This document shows positions 24,060 to 37,255 of a DNA stretch of 64,000 nucleotides, one piece after another (within the stretch, counting starts at the first letter, position 1; each line of letters begins with the position of its first letter). Below the pieces are notes generated by a model. It was given only the letters and a program-made list of their open reading frames with translations, did not search any database and had not been told where the DNA came from. Source of the stretch: Paramecium tetraurelia. Its lineage: Eukaryota. The stretch is taken from contig CT868318.1 in assembly GCA_000165425.1 (NCBI GenBank), positions 337,067-401,066 on the forward strand, given 5' to 3'. A program made the translations under genes and the position numbers.

Positions 24060-27000
24060 TTATATTGTTTAATTATACAGCTATTGGGACAGAACCAATC
24101 CATCTTTGAATTGAAACTCCTTCATCAAAATTAAAAATTAAACAGGTTCTATCCTCCCCCAGATTCTTTTTAATCTCAATGAATAATTCTAATATATAGT
24201 TAATAACTTTTATCTTTCTTTCTTTTCTATTGATTCTCAATGAACAAAATATAATAATTTCTTAATCAAGATTCTTTCAACACTAAAAGCATGAGCATCT
24301 ATTTTTTAGAATGGACTTTCTAAGCATTTCAATATAGATAGAACAATATAAACAATATTTATCAACTAGTCTAAAATAATAATTAGCATTTAAACTGTGA
24401 TAAAGACTTCCAGTATTTTGGATAGTATAAAAATACCATCATATTTTTAAACCATTTGAGAATCATTAAAAATGTGGAGGAGAACAATTTAAATATTCCA
24501 CTTTATTTCTTTTTCTCTAAGATGAATAATAAAGTCTTATTTGGTTATTTTTTATAATTTTAAGTCTTATAAACTATTTACTTTTCATACAGTTATTATG
24601 AGTCCTATAGAGATGTTTGATATCAAATAAAAAAACAATCAACAAAATTTCATTATCCTCTCCCATACGATATTAAATAGAAAGGCAAGAATTTCATGAC
24701 TTTAAAAGGGCAAATATGAAATATTATATTCTATTAGTATAAAATAGCAAAATTTTTTAATTTCATTTTAGGATTTCAGAATAAGAATTTCTTTAATGTT
24801 ATTAATTATTTTTAAATTCAATAATATTTAATGAATTAAAATTATAGTTCATATACTGATAATTAGTTGAAGGTAAAAATAATATAAGTGTAAATTTTTA
24901 TCTATTTTGTCAACTTGTTGAATCTAAGATTAATTAAATTTCTGATAATGAATCAACAAATCAAACAGTAATTCTCTAATTAATCAAACAAAGAAGAGTT
25001 AATAGTTATGTAATGGTCTCCAAATATAACTCGTATCTATAAACATATATAATAATTCATTTAAAGCTTGGTGGCGGACCCAACTCTTATTTTGCCTGAA
25101 TAATAAAACAAGTTTTAATATTGAGACAAAATAAAATAAGACAATTTAAATAAAAATATTTGAGAATTGAAATCTTAACTGTATTCTTAGATCCATTCAA
25201 AATTAAAGGAAAAATTTAAGGAGAAAACTAGTCTATAGATCTAATAGAAAAGAAATGAAAGGTTTTAGAGGACAATACTGGATTGTCAACAATATATATG
25301 TAATAAGGCAGGAAAATGTAAGAAGGGAAAGGTAAGTTATAAAGATGTATGATTTGGCAAAAAGGAATTTAAGGACAAAAATTCTAAAGATTCGAAATGC
25401 AACAAAATAGATAGGCTGAAGATGCGCAAAAATAAAATTGTAATTTTCAAAAAAAGAGGGATTATCATAGAAATAGAAATTTATATGGATGCCTTCTCTG
25501 TAAAAGAAGAAAAATATTAAGAAATTAAGAAGGAGACTGTTGTAAAATATGTCTAGAAGAAAACTAGCGGTAAAAGTTTGAAATAGTTAATCATATACAA
25601 ACTTTTAAAAATTGGGAAATTAGAACCATCCAAGAAGAGTTGCGCCAAACCGAAAACGTTTTTTTATATTAATTACTGAAAAGTAAGATTAGCTTAAAAA
25701 TGAAGTTGATGAAATTATGGTAAATCCTAGAAAGTAGATTCGTAACTATTGATATTAAATCTATATTAATAGGATTAAAATGCATAAGCAAATTAAGAGA
25801 AAATTAGGTAAATGTTGATTGATTTGATACAAAAACTTAAGGCCAATCAAATCTTAAATATTGTATATTGACCTATTTGAATTAATTTGTACCATAATTA
25901 TTCACAAAAGTTTTTCATTTCAATATTTTGAATATTCAAGAGTTATAATTTTTAATTCAATCCAAATGTAAAAATATTCATCAGTTAATCATGCACCTAT
26001 TTGTTATTTGTACAAAAAATGTAGGGCTTTTTAAAAGAGAATTCTAGATAATATCAAATATTGGAGAAAGATTTATATTAAATCATACCTATTAAAGATA
26101 ATGTAGCAGGAATAATGACTACCTTAGTAAGAGAAAACTATGAGTAAATTTGGCTTATAATAAAATTTTTTTCAATAATAAATAGTATAATTTTGTAGAA
26201 ATAGAATATTTCTTTTTATCACCATTAAATTGAAGAATTTTGAGAATAATAATTAAGAGATTCCCTTAAAATTGATTTTATATTTTGATAAAAGAAGATA
26301 AATTATTCGATTAAGGAAACAATTTTCGCTTCATTATAAACCTTTAAAATTTTTAACTTAGCATGAAAATGGACAAAAACTGAATTAGATTTGAGCAGCA
26401 GCATATAATTAACAGAGTTTAAGAAATTTATAAGATCTTTTATCAAATAAATAAGATCAAAATATAATATAATTTATTGTTAGAACTAACCTAACGATTG
26501 ATTTATCTTTATTTTAATTAATGGTGTATGCATTTTCCTCTTGTGAAAATGATGATTAATTTATTGAAAGCCATGAAAGAATAAAAAGGTGGACTTATTC
26601 ATTTTTTAACTTATATTTTTGATTTGATTCTTCCCAGAATTATAGTCATAACTTCTGGTAAATGGTTTACATTCTTATTCATTGATACTAAACTCTGGGA
26701 TAATGGATAAACATCAATACTTCAGATTTAAAATATTTTTCTATCATTATAACAGCTTACCGATACTCATTAAATGTTACTTTCATTTAATTTACAATCA
26801 AAATTAAGAATTCAATAAAGATTTTTTTTTTGGATGAGAAGAAATCCATTTATTTATTCAATCACTATCAATTAACTCATAGGATAAATTAGTTTGCATA
26901 CAATATTTATCTCCTTTTTTATTCTCATGATAGACAGACAATACTTAGAAGAATTGTATATCGTTCCATAATTCCAAAATAAAACTACAGCATATGTCAA

Positions 27001-27100
27001 TTTAATTCTATGTATCTATATGATTTAGCTTCGACTTGGTAAACATCAAATACACTGAAATTATAAAATAATAATATTTTCACTTTTTGAATAAAAAGCG
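24060..27100. pseudogene. decayed gene remnants (probable pseudogenes)
   Basis: About 3 kb with no long ciliate-code ORF that I could find. Coding-like purine-rich fragments (e.g. WEIRTIQEELRQTENVF at ~25613-25663) are broken by TGA stops and frameshifts. Confidence 0.45.
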
Positions 27101-27195
27101 CTTAAGTATCTAAAAACATGGAGTAGGTTGGAATAATAATAAGTGTATTCAGAATATGAATTAAATCTCTTTGTTTAATTATTTTTTATTTATTA

Positions 27196-28422
27196 ATGTT
27201 ATTTACAATTGACTGCATAAATATAAAAAAAAGTAAAAAGGTTTTGTTGACAAACGAAGCAGAATTCCCAATTTTGGTTAGGATCATAGAAAACAATTCT
27301 TATACTGTTATTCCATCCTTTTCATTATTGAAATCAAAAGAAAGAAAAAATTTTTAGATACTCCATCGATTAAATACTAAACCTGACAGCCTTATAAAGA
27401 TTGAAGCCATAGAATTTGATGAAACCAAACTTGACACGTTCGTAATTTGATTATACTCTAATTGTAAGTCTGTTCCACCGTTCTGGAACGAAAGAGTAAA
27501 AGGTTCCCTGAAGACACTATCTTAATCATTGCATCTTTCCGAGTCGAGCTCTTTTGTTTCTTATGATAGGCCTCCAGCAATGAATCAAACATTTCAGGAT
27601 CAAAATCAAGTCTAAAATAATACTAATGTATGCTAAAATAAATTTCATACTAAGTGGCTTAAATAAAACAGCAGCATTCATGATAACTAAAGCGATTAAT
27701 TTAACTCAAAGTAACACATAAACTCGTAATAATCAATACAAGTAATAGGATCAACCAAAATAGCAGAAGAAAACAAATTTCATCAATCATATTAATAAGA
27801 AAGGAAACATTCCATAAGTAGTTTCGAATCATATGGATACATATCAACAACACAAACCTAATAGTAAATCCTCAAAATGCCGAAAGATTTGAATAATTTT
27901 TTGGATCAAATTGACTCTTCGAATAGTCCGTTTCAAATTTAAACTCCCTCTCAATAGCAGTCTTAAACACATTCATATATAAACATTCCCGATAACGCTT
28001 AGTAGGATGTGAGTATCAGTGAAACTACTTCCATTTAGAGATTCGGGTATAGAAAATTATCATTCCTTTAACAAAGCAGATTATAATTCAATGAGAAACC
28101 TAAGTTGAGAGTTTCGTAAAGTTTTATCAATCATCCAAGATTTACAATCTAAAATTAATAAATTTTAAGTAAATTCAAGGAACTTGAGAATTAGTTATAA
28201 AAATAAATTGTAAATATTTGATAGAAAATATAGACCGGATTGCAAATAAACAAAGGAGTATTGCAATAAGAACTGAAAAAATTGGAATTCAAAGTTATGT
28301 TCAATAATAAAAATGGCAATTCTTACGACCAATAACATTACTTTATTTGGCATATACTTATAGCTAGTGTTCTATGTCTTATATTAGGAAGCTTTCTAAA
28401 AAAAATAATCCCTTAATTTTGA
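27196..28422 (+). CDS. MSP/VAP-like tail-anchored membrane protein
   Basis: N-terminal KVLLTNEAEFPILVRIIENNSYTVIPSFSLLKSKERKNFQI (MSP/PapD-like), low-complexity middle, coiled coil, C-terminal helix YFIWHILIASVLCLILGSFL. Intron 27442-27468. The start may be 27156. Confidence 0.65.
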
Positions 28423-28560
28423 TTTATATATCATTCAATAAGAATATTCTTGTATATTACATATTTATAATTTATTATTTACTCTTCTAGTTTTTATAAC
28501 ATTATTTATTAGATCAAATTAAACATATGAATATTTTAGAATAAATAATTAAATCTCAAT

Positions 28561-29150
28561 TCAAGCCCTTTTACTTTTTCCCTCAAGCTTATTTTAGAGA
28601 TTTATAGATGCTGTTCTTATACATAATAATGGAACAATGATCCATACGGGATTAGCAGCAACAAAAAATATCCAAAAATAAAATATATTTTCAAAAGTAT
28701 AGGTGAAGCAACTTTATTGGCAAACATCTTTAAAGTTTCTAGACCATTCATTAGCAACAAAGAATATTGTTCCCATTATTTGGATAGCTGATGTAATTCC
28801 AATCAAGTAATTTGTTAAAATCTCGTTTCTTTGATATTTTATTCTTAAAGCAATCCAAACGCAAAGGGGACCCATAATAAAGAATTCGATTGCTGAAATA
28901 GTCATTAGTGTTGGCTCTTATAATGGATATCTCAAATCTAATTCGCTGTACTTTTGGAAAAGCCTCATGTAATAATAATAAGGGATTACCATTAATGTTG
29001 TTACCAATATCCAACTGTGCCATCTAAATATAAATGGATCCAAATGCCATTAAATATGAACCAATAATAATAACGGTTGGGCCCACTTTTCAAGAGAAAT
29101 GAAAGAATAATAAATCCTCCTAATATAACATTATCTAAACTAAAATCCAT
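28561..29150 (-). CDS. EXPERA/emopamil-binding-protein-like (sterol isomerase family) membrane protein
   Basis: WFIFNGIWIHLYLDG, YSELDLRY, ISAIEFFIMGPLC, YFWIFFVAANPVWIIVP. C-terminal KSKRA* (KxKxx ER-retrieval-like). One intron. Confidence 0.8.
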
Positions 29151-29272
29151 TTTTAAAAATATTATTAAAAAATTAAATCATTTATTGTAATAATAATATG
29201 TCGAGATAAATAATTAAATAATTTATTACCAGATGGAATAATTATATTTACTTCTAAGAAATAAATGATATG

Positions 29273-30948
29273 TCATTTTTTATGGTTTTTAACTTTAATT
29301 TCCTCTCTTAATTATTCTATCAACTTTTCTTCTTCCAATTCATCTTCTTCATCTTCCTTTATTGGTAATTCATCAAACATATCTTCGTCATCTTTAATTG
29401 AAGATTAATCCATAGAATGATTAGTATGAGATTAAGTGAGTTATTTCTTTGGTTTGACTCTAACATTTCTTTTTAAGAATTCTTAATCTTTAATATCAGA
29501 AACTGCATTTAGCATTGATTTATTTAATAAATCTTATTAATCCTATAATAAAATTGTAAAAGTACTTTTGTAGACAGATTTACCAATTTTTCTCTTACTG
29601 AATCAATGATGGCTTGAAATCCTTAATTTTTTTATAACCCAAGCTTTTTCAATCCTCGAGACATCCAATTTCTAAGTTTGTTCTCTAATAGGCCGGCCAC
29701 AGTAGCTTTTTCTTCTACTTCTTGAACTAATTTATCTTATTCGAATAAATCTTCCTTCTATCTATAAGTTTCAACTTAAAATTCTTTATCCATATCTGTA
29801 TATTATTGTTTTAAATTTGAATATTAAGTTTGGAGCTCTTAATTTTCATTTTTTAATGCATTAATTTTCTTTTCATAATCAGATATTGAAATTAAAAGAT
29901 GTGCATAAGTTTATTCTCTACCCAAAAACTTTTAAACAATATCATTTGCGTCAGTAATGCCTGTAGATGCTTTAATTTTTTAAAATGTCATTTCTAAATT
30001 TTGATATTAAGCGATTCCTCTTTGCATTTTGTTTTTTAAAAATGAATTGAGAAATTTATGTACCAAAAGCAACTTCCTCCATTTTTTAAGTGCACTATCT
30101 TTAATATCCTTTGCAGCCACTTCAGCTATTTCTTATTACCTTTTTATTCTATCATCTCTTTTTTATTCTATGTCTTATCTTTATCTTAAATCGTCCTTAA
30201 ATCTTTGCAAATTCTTCTCTCTATTCTTATTTTGTTATTAGATCCCTTCAGTGACATCTTTAAGAGCCATTAAGGTCTTACTATATATTTCCTGAATTTG
30301 TTATGTTCTAAGAAATTGTATAAAAATCTTACTTATAAGTGCTGCTATGATATTATTAAAGAGCCAATTGTAAATGTCTTTCATATTAATTTGCTCTAAG
30401 TTAATAAATTAATTGATCTTTTTTCATTCTATTTAGCGTATGTTCAAAGATTTTCCTATCATATTAACTCTCACTTAACAGTTTATGTTAGCCTTCTAAT
30501 TTTTGCTGTAATTCCTTCTCTTTTGCTAATAAGTTATTTTAAGTAGAATTATATTGATCAACCTGGATTGTCATTTAATCAATTTCCTTTCTCATATTCT
30601 CAATATCCTTTTCCTTCCTATTTCCAGTTATCTTCATCGAATCACAGCTTTTTTTTAATTCTGTAAGATTGACATGAACTTCATGTGCTTCGTTGACTTT
30701 CTACAATAACTAAGCATAAAACTTTTTAATCTTCAATTTATTTAGGATAATAATCATCATCAAAACCCAGCACTGATTAAAGATCATTTTTTTTTTATTA
30801 ATTTATCAACAGACTTAATCACAGCTAACTTTCGATATTTTTCGTAATCACTCTTCTTACTTTATCTTGTATTAGATTTATTAGAATATAGACGTATCTA
30901 TTTTAATCATATATGAATATATACATCTGGAAGTTCCATTGCAGACAT
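29273..30948 (-). CDS. outer dynein arm docking complex coiled-coil subunit (CCDC151/ODA-DC-like)
   Basis: Long coiled coil with FQKIKASTGITDANDIVQKFLGREQTY. Several tiny introns. Confidence 0.6.
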
Positions 30949-31118
30949 CCTAATATATCAAATAATAAAAAAAATTATTTATTATAACTAAAATGATTCA
31001 TATCCAATCTCATCATATCATTGAATTTTATTTATCAAATTCTCTAAACTCTTTTGATTACATCAACTTATCCAGAATTTTAAATTTAATTTTACATATT
31101 TTTAATTTTTTTTCTCAA

Positions 31119-33003
31119 ATGGATAAGTCTGATACATCAGATAAATAGGACAAGATTAATAATATTAATTAGAATTCTCCAAGATTTCTTGAAGCATTAA
31201 GATAACAAAATTGGAAGTTAATTGATGTATAAAATATTTCAATTGAATAATTGAAACTAGAACCCAAATATTCACAATATGATAATAACATCTTATAACA
31301 CATATGCATGTAATTACAGTAATAGAGAGATATTAAATCCAAGATTGTTTTGACAATTAGATAGAAGATCATAGAAGAAGAGATTAATAAAAGTGAATTA
31401 AGAAGAATATAAAAACAATAATCAGAGATTATTACTGTAGAAATGCAAGATCAAATGAAAAAGAAATAATTAAACCATATTAATTTGTAAATGGAGTATG
31501 ACGTTTAATTAACTTAGCTGAATAAAATGTTAAGTGAAAAAGAATCTTCTTTTAAGGAACAAGAATTTAAATTATAAAATTAAACAATAGAGTAATAAAG
31601 AAAGAATCAACTTTTAAAAGAGCAAAGAGAATTTCATATTGAATATTAGGAGTTTTTAAGATAATAAAAAGCAAAAGAAGAAGAATATCAAAATAAGGTT
31701 AAAAGTGGATAATTCATGACAGAGGCATTGTATAAGAAAAAGCTTAAGGACTTCGATAGGTTGAAGTTTTAGAAAGAATAGCAAAAATAATAGATTAAGG
31801 AGGAAAGAGAAAAATAACAACAAGATAGAATGCAAATGATGGAAAAAGTTTATGAAGAAAAAATTAAAAAAATGGTTGCAAAGGAAATTATTCATTAAAA
31901 GTTAATTGCTAAAGAAAGAACACTTTATAACTAATAACTTTTAGAAAAATAAGAGAAACTTTAATAAAGAATCAATGAAAATAAGAAGAGATTATCCAAA
32001 CAAAATTTGGATGAATAAAAAATGAATGAACGAAAATAAATAGAAGCCAAATCAAGATTGGAGGCTATGAAACAAGAAATTGAATTTTTAAACAAATAAA
32101 AGAAAAAAAAGTTTGAAAAAAAGTAAAAATAAAAAGAGATATATAAAAAAGTAAATGAGAGAATTTAAGAAGAGAAAAGATAATAGCTACTTGACAAATT
32201 TAAAGAAATTGAAGAAAAATTGGAGATCAACTAATTTTATAAAGATATGGACTTCCAAGATTTAGAAAAATTTAGAGAATTTACAGAAATTACTAGAATG
32301 AAAGTACTAAGATTGACTGATGATAAACTAATTGAAAAAACTATTTATATACAGTAAAGAATAAAGGCTTAAGAAGAAAAGGTTAAATAAGTGTTGCATT
32401 AATAAGAAATTGAAGAAAAAGATAAAAAATTTGAAAATATTATTAGAAAAATAGATTAAGAAGAAAATTTTATGATATAATAAAGAAAGAGAGAAGTAGA
32501 AAAAGAATTTATTATGAACAAAATTCAATAGAAAAAAAAGAAAAACGAATTACTGATTAAATAAAAATAAGAATTAGAATAAAATGGCAATAAAAATAGG
32601 AAAATGAACCTAATGAAAAAGGAAGAAATGAAGATTAAATTTAAAGAAGAGATGAATAAAGAGTTAAAATAAATATAAGAAAACTAATTGAAATAATAAA
32701 ATGTAAATCAAGTCCTTCTGTTGAATATCAAAACAAAGGAAGAATTTGTTATGGAAGAAAAAATTAAATTAAATCGTGAAATGAATAAAGTAATTCTTAT
32801 AATTTAAAATGAAGCTATTGGATGAAGAGCATGAGAAAGTATAAAAAAGAATGGAAATGATACAAAATGCCAAAGGAATCGAGGTAGACAAGTTGTAGGA
32901 ATAGTTTAGAATTGAGAAAGAATAATTTGATCTATTGATTGAAAACAAAAAAACACTCTATCGGGAATTATCACGCGAGAAATTATAATTGAATTCATAT
33001 TGA
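31119..33003 (+). CDS. E/K/Q-rich coiled-coil protein (trichohyalin-like composition)
   Basis: Long ORF in the ciliate code, one intron near 32790, TGA 33001-33003. Confidence 0.7.
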
Positions 33004-33320
33004 TTTTGCTTTAATGAAAAGAAAATATATTTCGATTAAATGGAAAAAGTTTAATTTCTAAATATCTCAATTTATTTCTAATTCATCTAAGAATAAACTG
33101 ATGATTTTTCTCTAAAAAAATTAAGAAATTTATGGGAATTAATTATTTTTTTTTGATCGAATAAGACAAAATTAAATATTAAAATACTCCTAATTGAATA
33201 TTAAAATCCAATACACTCTTTATAATGGGAGAACTTTTGTTTTTGCACTAATATTCTTAAATTGCGTTAATAAATATTTAATTTTTTTTTATAAATTTAA
33301 CACTAAATAAATTAAATAAA

Positions 33321-33749
33321 ATGCAAGAACGATATAAAGAGGCCTTGCTCTCGCCTTAATTTAAAGATTAAGATTATGATCTCTCCACTTAAGAATGCCG
33401 AAAATTCTCAAGCATATGGGCTGCTGAATTCAACACTCCCGAAACAAAATACAGATCTACAATAGGAGCCAATAGAATTGATATATCCAAGGATGCAAAT
33501 TTGTTGCATTTTAGGAATAGAACAGCAAAATTTGAGGACGAATAAAATCAATTATATATAGAAATACAGAATTTATATGATAAGAGATAGTTTGACATCC
33601 CAAATCTTGTGGAAACAAAAATCTTATATAAGACAGAAACTGTTCCAAACAGATTTATGTAAATTTATTCTAATAGATATTTAATCATAGCATCAAGAGA
33701 AAATAAAATGAACCTAAATAAAAATCGCAATTTAATGATTAAGTTTTGA
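33321..33749 (+). CDS. small hypothetical protein
   Basis: Open frame MQERYKEALLSPQFKDQDY...LMIKF*. Confidence 0.55.
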
Positions 33750-33921
33750 TAGAAAAAATGCACTAAGCTAATAAATAAAGTCTAAAGAATTTATTTTCTC
33801 ATAAATTTTGAATATTAATTTAGATATATATTATAATCTTAATTGATCATAATAATAGTAATAATAATTTTCTATATTATACTTTCAATAGGTATTTTAA
33901 GTTTAATACTTAAATTATTAT

Positions 33922-36900
33922 ATGAAATATTTTCCTATTCAGAGAGAGGAAGATTGCATAAAGAAAATTTTGAGTCTAAACATTATAAAAGGATTTCTGG
34001 AAGGCTATAAAGCAAATTTCCTTCTCAGAGGGATTTTGTTATTGTTTTTAAAAATAGCATCGGTGAGCTTTGAATACATTCCACCATTCATCTTAACTTA
34101 GTATGAAGAATCAGCAGAAAAATACTTGCTAATAAGTTTTGCATTGTATGTTGATTGTAAGATATAATAATAATAGTTTTTACTTAGAAATATTATGGAG
34201 TATACTTGTCTGAATTTTAATATCTGGTGAATGCTAAATTGTCATAAAAGCTATTTTCTCAGTGTTTAAAAGTGCATAATTAAACAACCTTTTAAGGAAT
34301 GCTAAAAGAATTAAGATAAGTTGAAAAAGCAATTCGTTCATTTTATGATTTAGTGGCAATAGCATTTGAATTACCGTTTGTATATCACTTGTTGAAGAAT
34401 GAGAGTTTATTTGATTCAATCAAATATGGTGTTATTTTGAGTTTATTTGCTTTATTAGCGGCTTCTGTGGCTCAGATATATGCCTGGAGAATCTAATTTT
34501 TTTCAGATAAAAGACTGAGACTTACTTAAGATATGCTGTGTGGGATTAAAAGCATTAAATATTTATAATGGGAAAATGTTATGCTTAATCTAATTAGTAA
34601 GGTTAGGGAGTAAGAGTTTTTAGGGAATAAGGGAATACAATATGTTGATACTTTCGTAACTTTTTTTAGAAGAATGACCTAAATTGTATTGTTATTTGTA
34701 GCCTTTTATAAACTTTAAGAGTTGGAAAAAGAACAATTCTACACTATCTTGATATTTTTTGATAAATTAGTAAGCCCTATTAATTCATTTCCTTGGTGTT
34801 TCGGTGAATTTTTAGGGAGTATTTTTTCTGTAATAAAACTTTATGACTATTTTAAAAGTACAGAAGTTGAAGCTAAGCTTATTAAAGAAAACACTATTGA
34901 AGTGAGTTCAATAAAAAAAATTAGAATTTTCGATAGGGTAATCAACTTTATCAAGGGAGACTCATTTAATTAGGCAACATAAACAAGATTTTAGGTTACC
35001 TTTACATTTAAGGAAATTAAGAGAAATAAATTAACTTGTATAATAGGTCAAATAGGATCAGGAAAAAGCTTATTGCTTGAGTATTTTTGTGATGGATCTT
35101 ATGTAAGTCAAAACTCATGGTTGTTTACTGGGACAGTAAGATAAAATATTTTATTCGGATAAAAATTTGATGAATAAAGATATTAATAATGTCTCAAATT
35201 AGCTGCTATAGACTTTGATGATAATAAATAAGTAGGTTTTAATGGAACTAATTTAAGTGGTGGATAAAAATAAAGGGTAACATTTTGTAGAGCATTGTAT
35301 TACGAAGCTTAATCATATTATTTTGATGATATATTTTCAGCAGTTGATGAAAATGTGGCTGATCACATGTTCAAATCAATTACTACTTATTTAAAAGGGA
35401 AGACTGTAGTTTTAGTATTAAACTAACTCTAATATTTATAATATGTTGACTTTGTTATCAAGATTGAAAATAATATAGCTACACTTGAAGAAATGCAAAA
35501 TTTTCAAGTTGGCAGTGTTCATTTTACTCCTAAACCGATCACAGATGCAATCGAACCTGCCTAACCTGAAAAAGAGATTGATTAAGAAACTGAGTAAAAT
35601 TTAAAAGAAAATTATCAATTTTATATAAATGCATTAGGTTTGAAGACTCTTTTATTTTTTGTTGTAAGTTCTCTACTTCATTAAATCATGAAAGGGGGAT
35701 TTGAATTATGGATTCATAATAATATTTCTAATTTAAAGAATTTCGACAAATCGGAATTTTTAAATGTATTTTTGATTTTATCAGGATTGACTTTGTTGAG
35801 AGGATTCAGCTATTCATATGCAACAATAATATCCGCCAAAAATATATTTGATTTATTGATGTAGAAATTCATACATCTACCTACAAAATTTTATGATATT
35901 TTTTCAAGTTCCTTTTATATCAGGAGATTATTTGATGATATGAATGAAATTGATGATCTCCCATTAAATTATTTTTTCACTGTCTCTCTAGAATTTTTGG
36001 GTTTGTTCATCCTTATTAGTTCTATGCAAATTGAAATAATTCCTTATGTTATTATAAGTGGTTATTTATTAATTAAAAATTAAATGACACACAGAAAATT
36101 TATAGTGTCAAGATAAGTTGAAATTAATAGGTACTTTGAAACATAAGACTTTGATTCCTTCATTATAGAGACAGAAAAAGGACACAAATTTATTAAATAC
36201 TTTAAATAAGAAAATAAAATCCAATCTTAATTTTAAAAGATTCTTCTATATAAATATGCTAATGCTCTATCTTAAAGTTAATTAGAATACACTCTTAAAT
36301 TACGTAATTTTATTGTAGAGTCTACAGTTTTGGTGCTATTAATTATCACAGGAAATAAATTAAGCTATACTTATGCATATTTACTATTTGGTAATCAGTT
36401 TTTATCTAAATCTGTTTCAAGTTGGAGAAGGATTACTAAAGTCAGCCAATCATTATAAAGAATTAAATAAATTGTAAGTTTTCCTGAAGAATAAAAAGCA
36501 TCAATTCAAGAATACAAGGATAATTTAATTATTTATGATAATGTTTGGCTTAGTTATGGAATGGCAAAGGGTTTGGCATCTGCAGATTATGCTCTTAAAG
36601 GGGTCTCATTTCAGATTTCTAAAGGATAGAAGGTAGCTTTTTGTGGCAGAACAGGATCAGGTAAATCAAGTCTTTTTAATTTACTTGTCTCTTTGTACGA
36701 ATTTTAAAAAGGCTAAATCTACTTTTTTGGAAATCCAATCTCCAATTATGGAACAACTTAGTTGAGATCCACTATGAGTGTAATTCCTTAGCAAGGAGTT
36801 ATATTGCCAGGATCAATAAGATAGAACATAGATCCTAATTAATAATTTAGTAATTAAGAGATTGAAGATATATTCAAAGAATTAGAATTTTAAATCGACC

Positions 36901-37243
36901 TGAATAAGGATACTTAAAATTTATCAAATGGGGAGAAACAAATTGTCAATTTTGTACAGTCTATTTTATTGAATAGGGGCATCATTTTGATGGATGAAGC
37001 TACTTCAAATATGGACATATAAACTAGTATTATAAATAAATTATTATTTTAGACAATAAAATTATGAAAAAGTTATTTAATTTTGTATAAAATAAAACCT
37101 TACTCCTTATTTCCCATAGACTTGAAAACCTTTAATATTTTGATAAGGTGTATGTGATGGGAGAAGGATAAATATAAGCGTGCGGAACTTATGAAGAACT
37201 ATTAAATAATGACAAATTCCTAGAACTCAAGAGCATTTTATGA
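33922..37243 (+). CDS. ABC transporter, subfamily C (MRP-like), compact
   Basis: TMD1 (IKSIKYLQWE), NBD1 GQIGSGKS / YVSQNSW / LSGGQKQR / FDDIFSAVD, TMD2, NBD2 GRTGSGKS / VIPQ / LSNGEKQ / MDEATSNMD / ISHRL. Confidence 0.92.
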
Positions 37244-37255
37244 AATACATATTAT

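Noticed and set aside
25055..25100. LKLGGG as a ubiquitin-like C-terminus
   Set aside because: No ubiquitin fold is visible upstream, a stop follows shortly, and another frame is open for longer.
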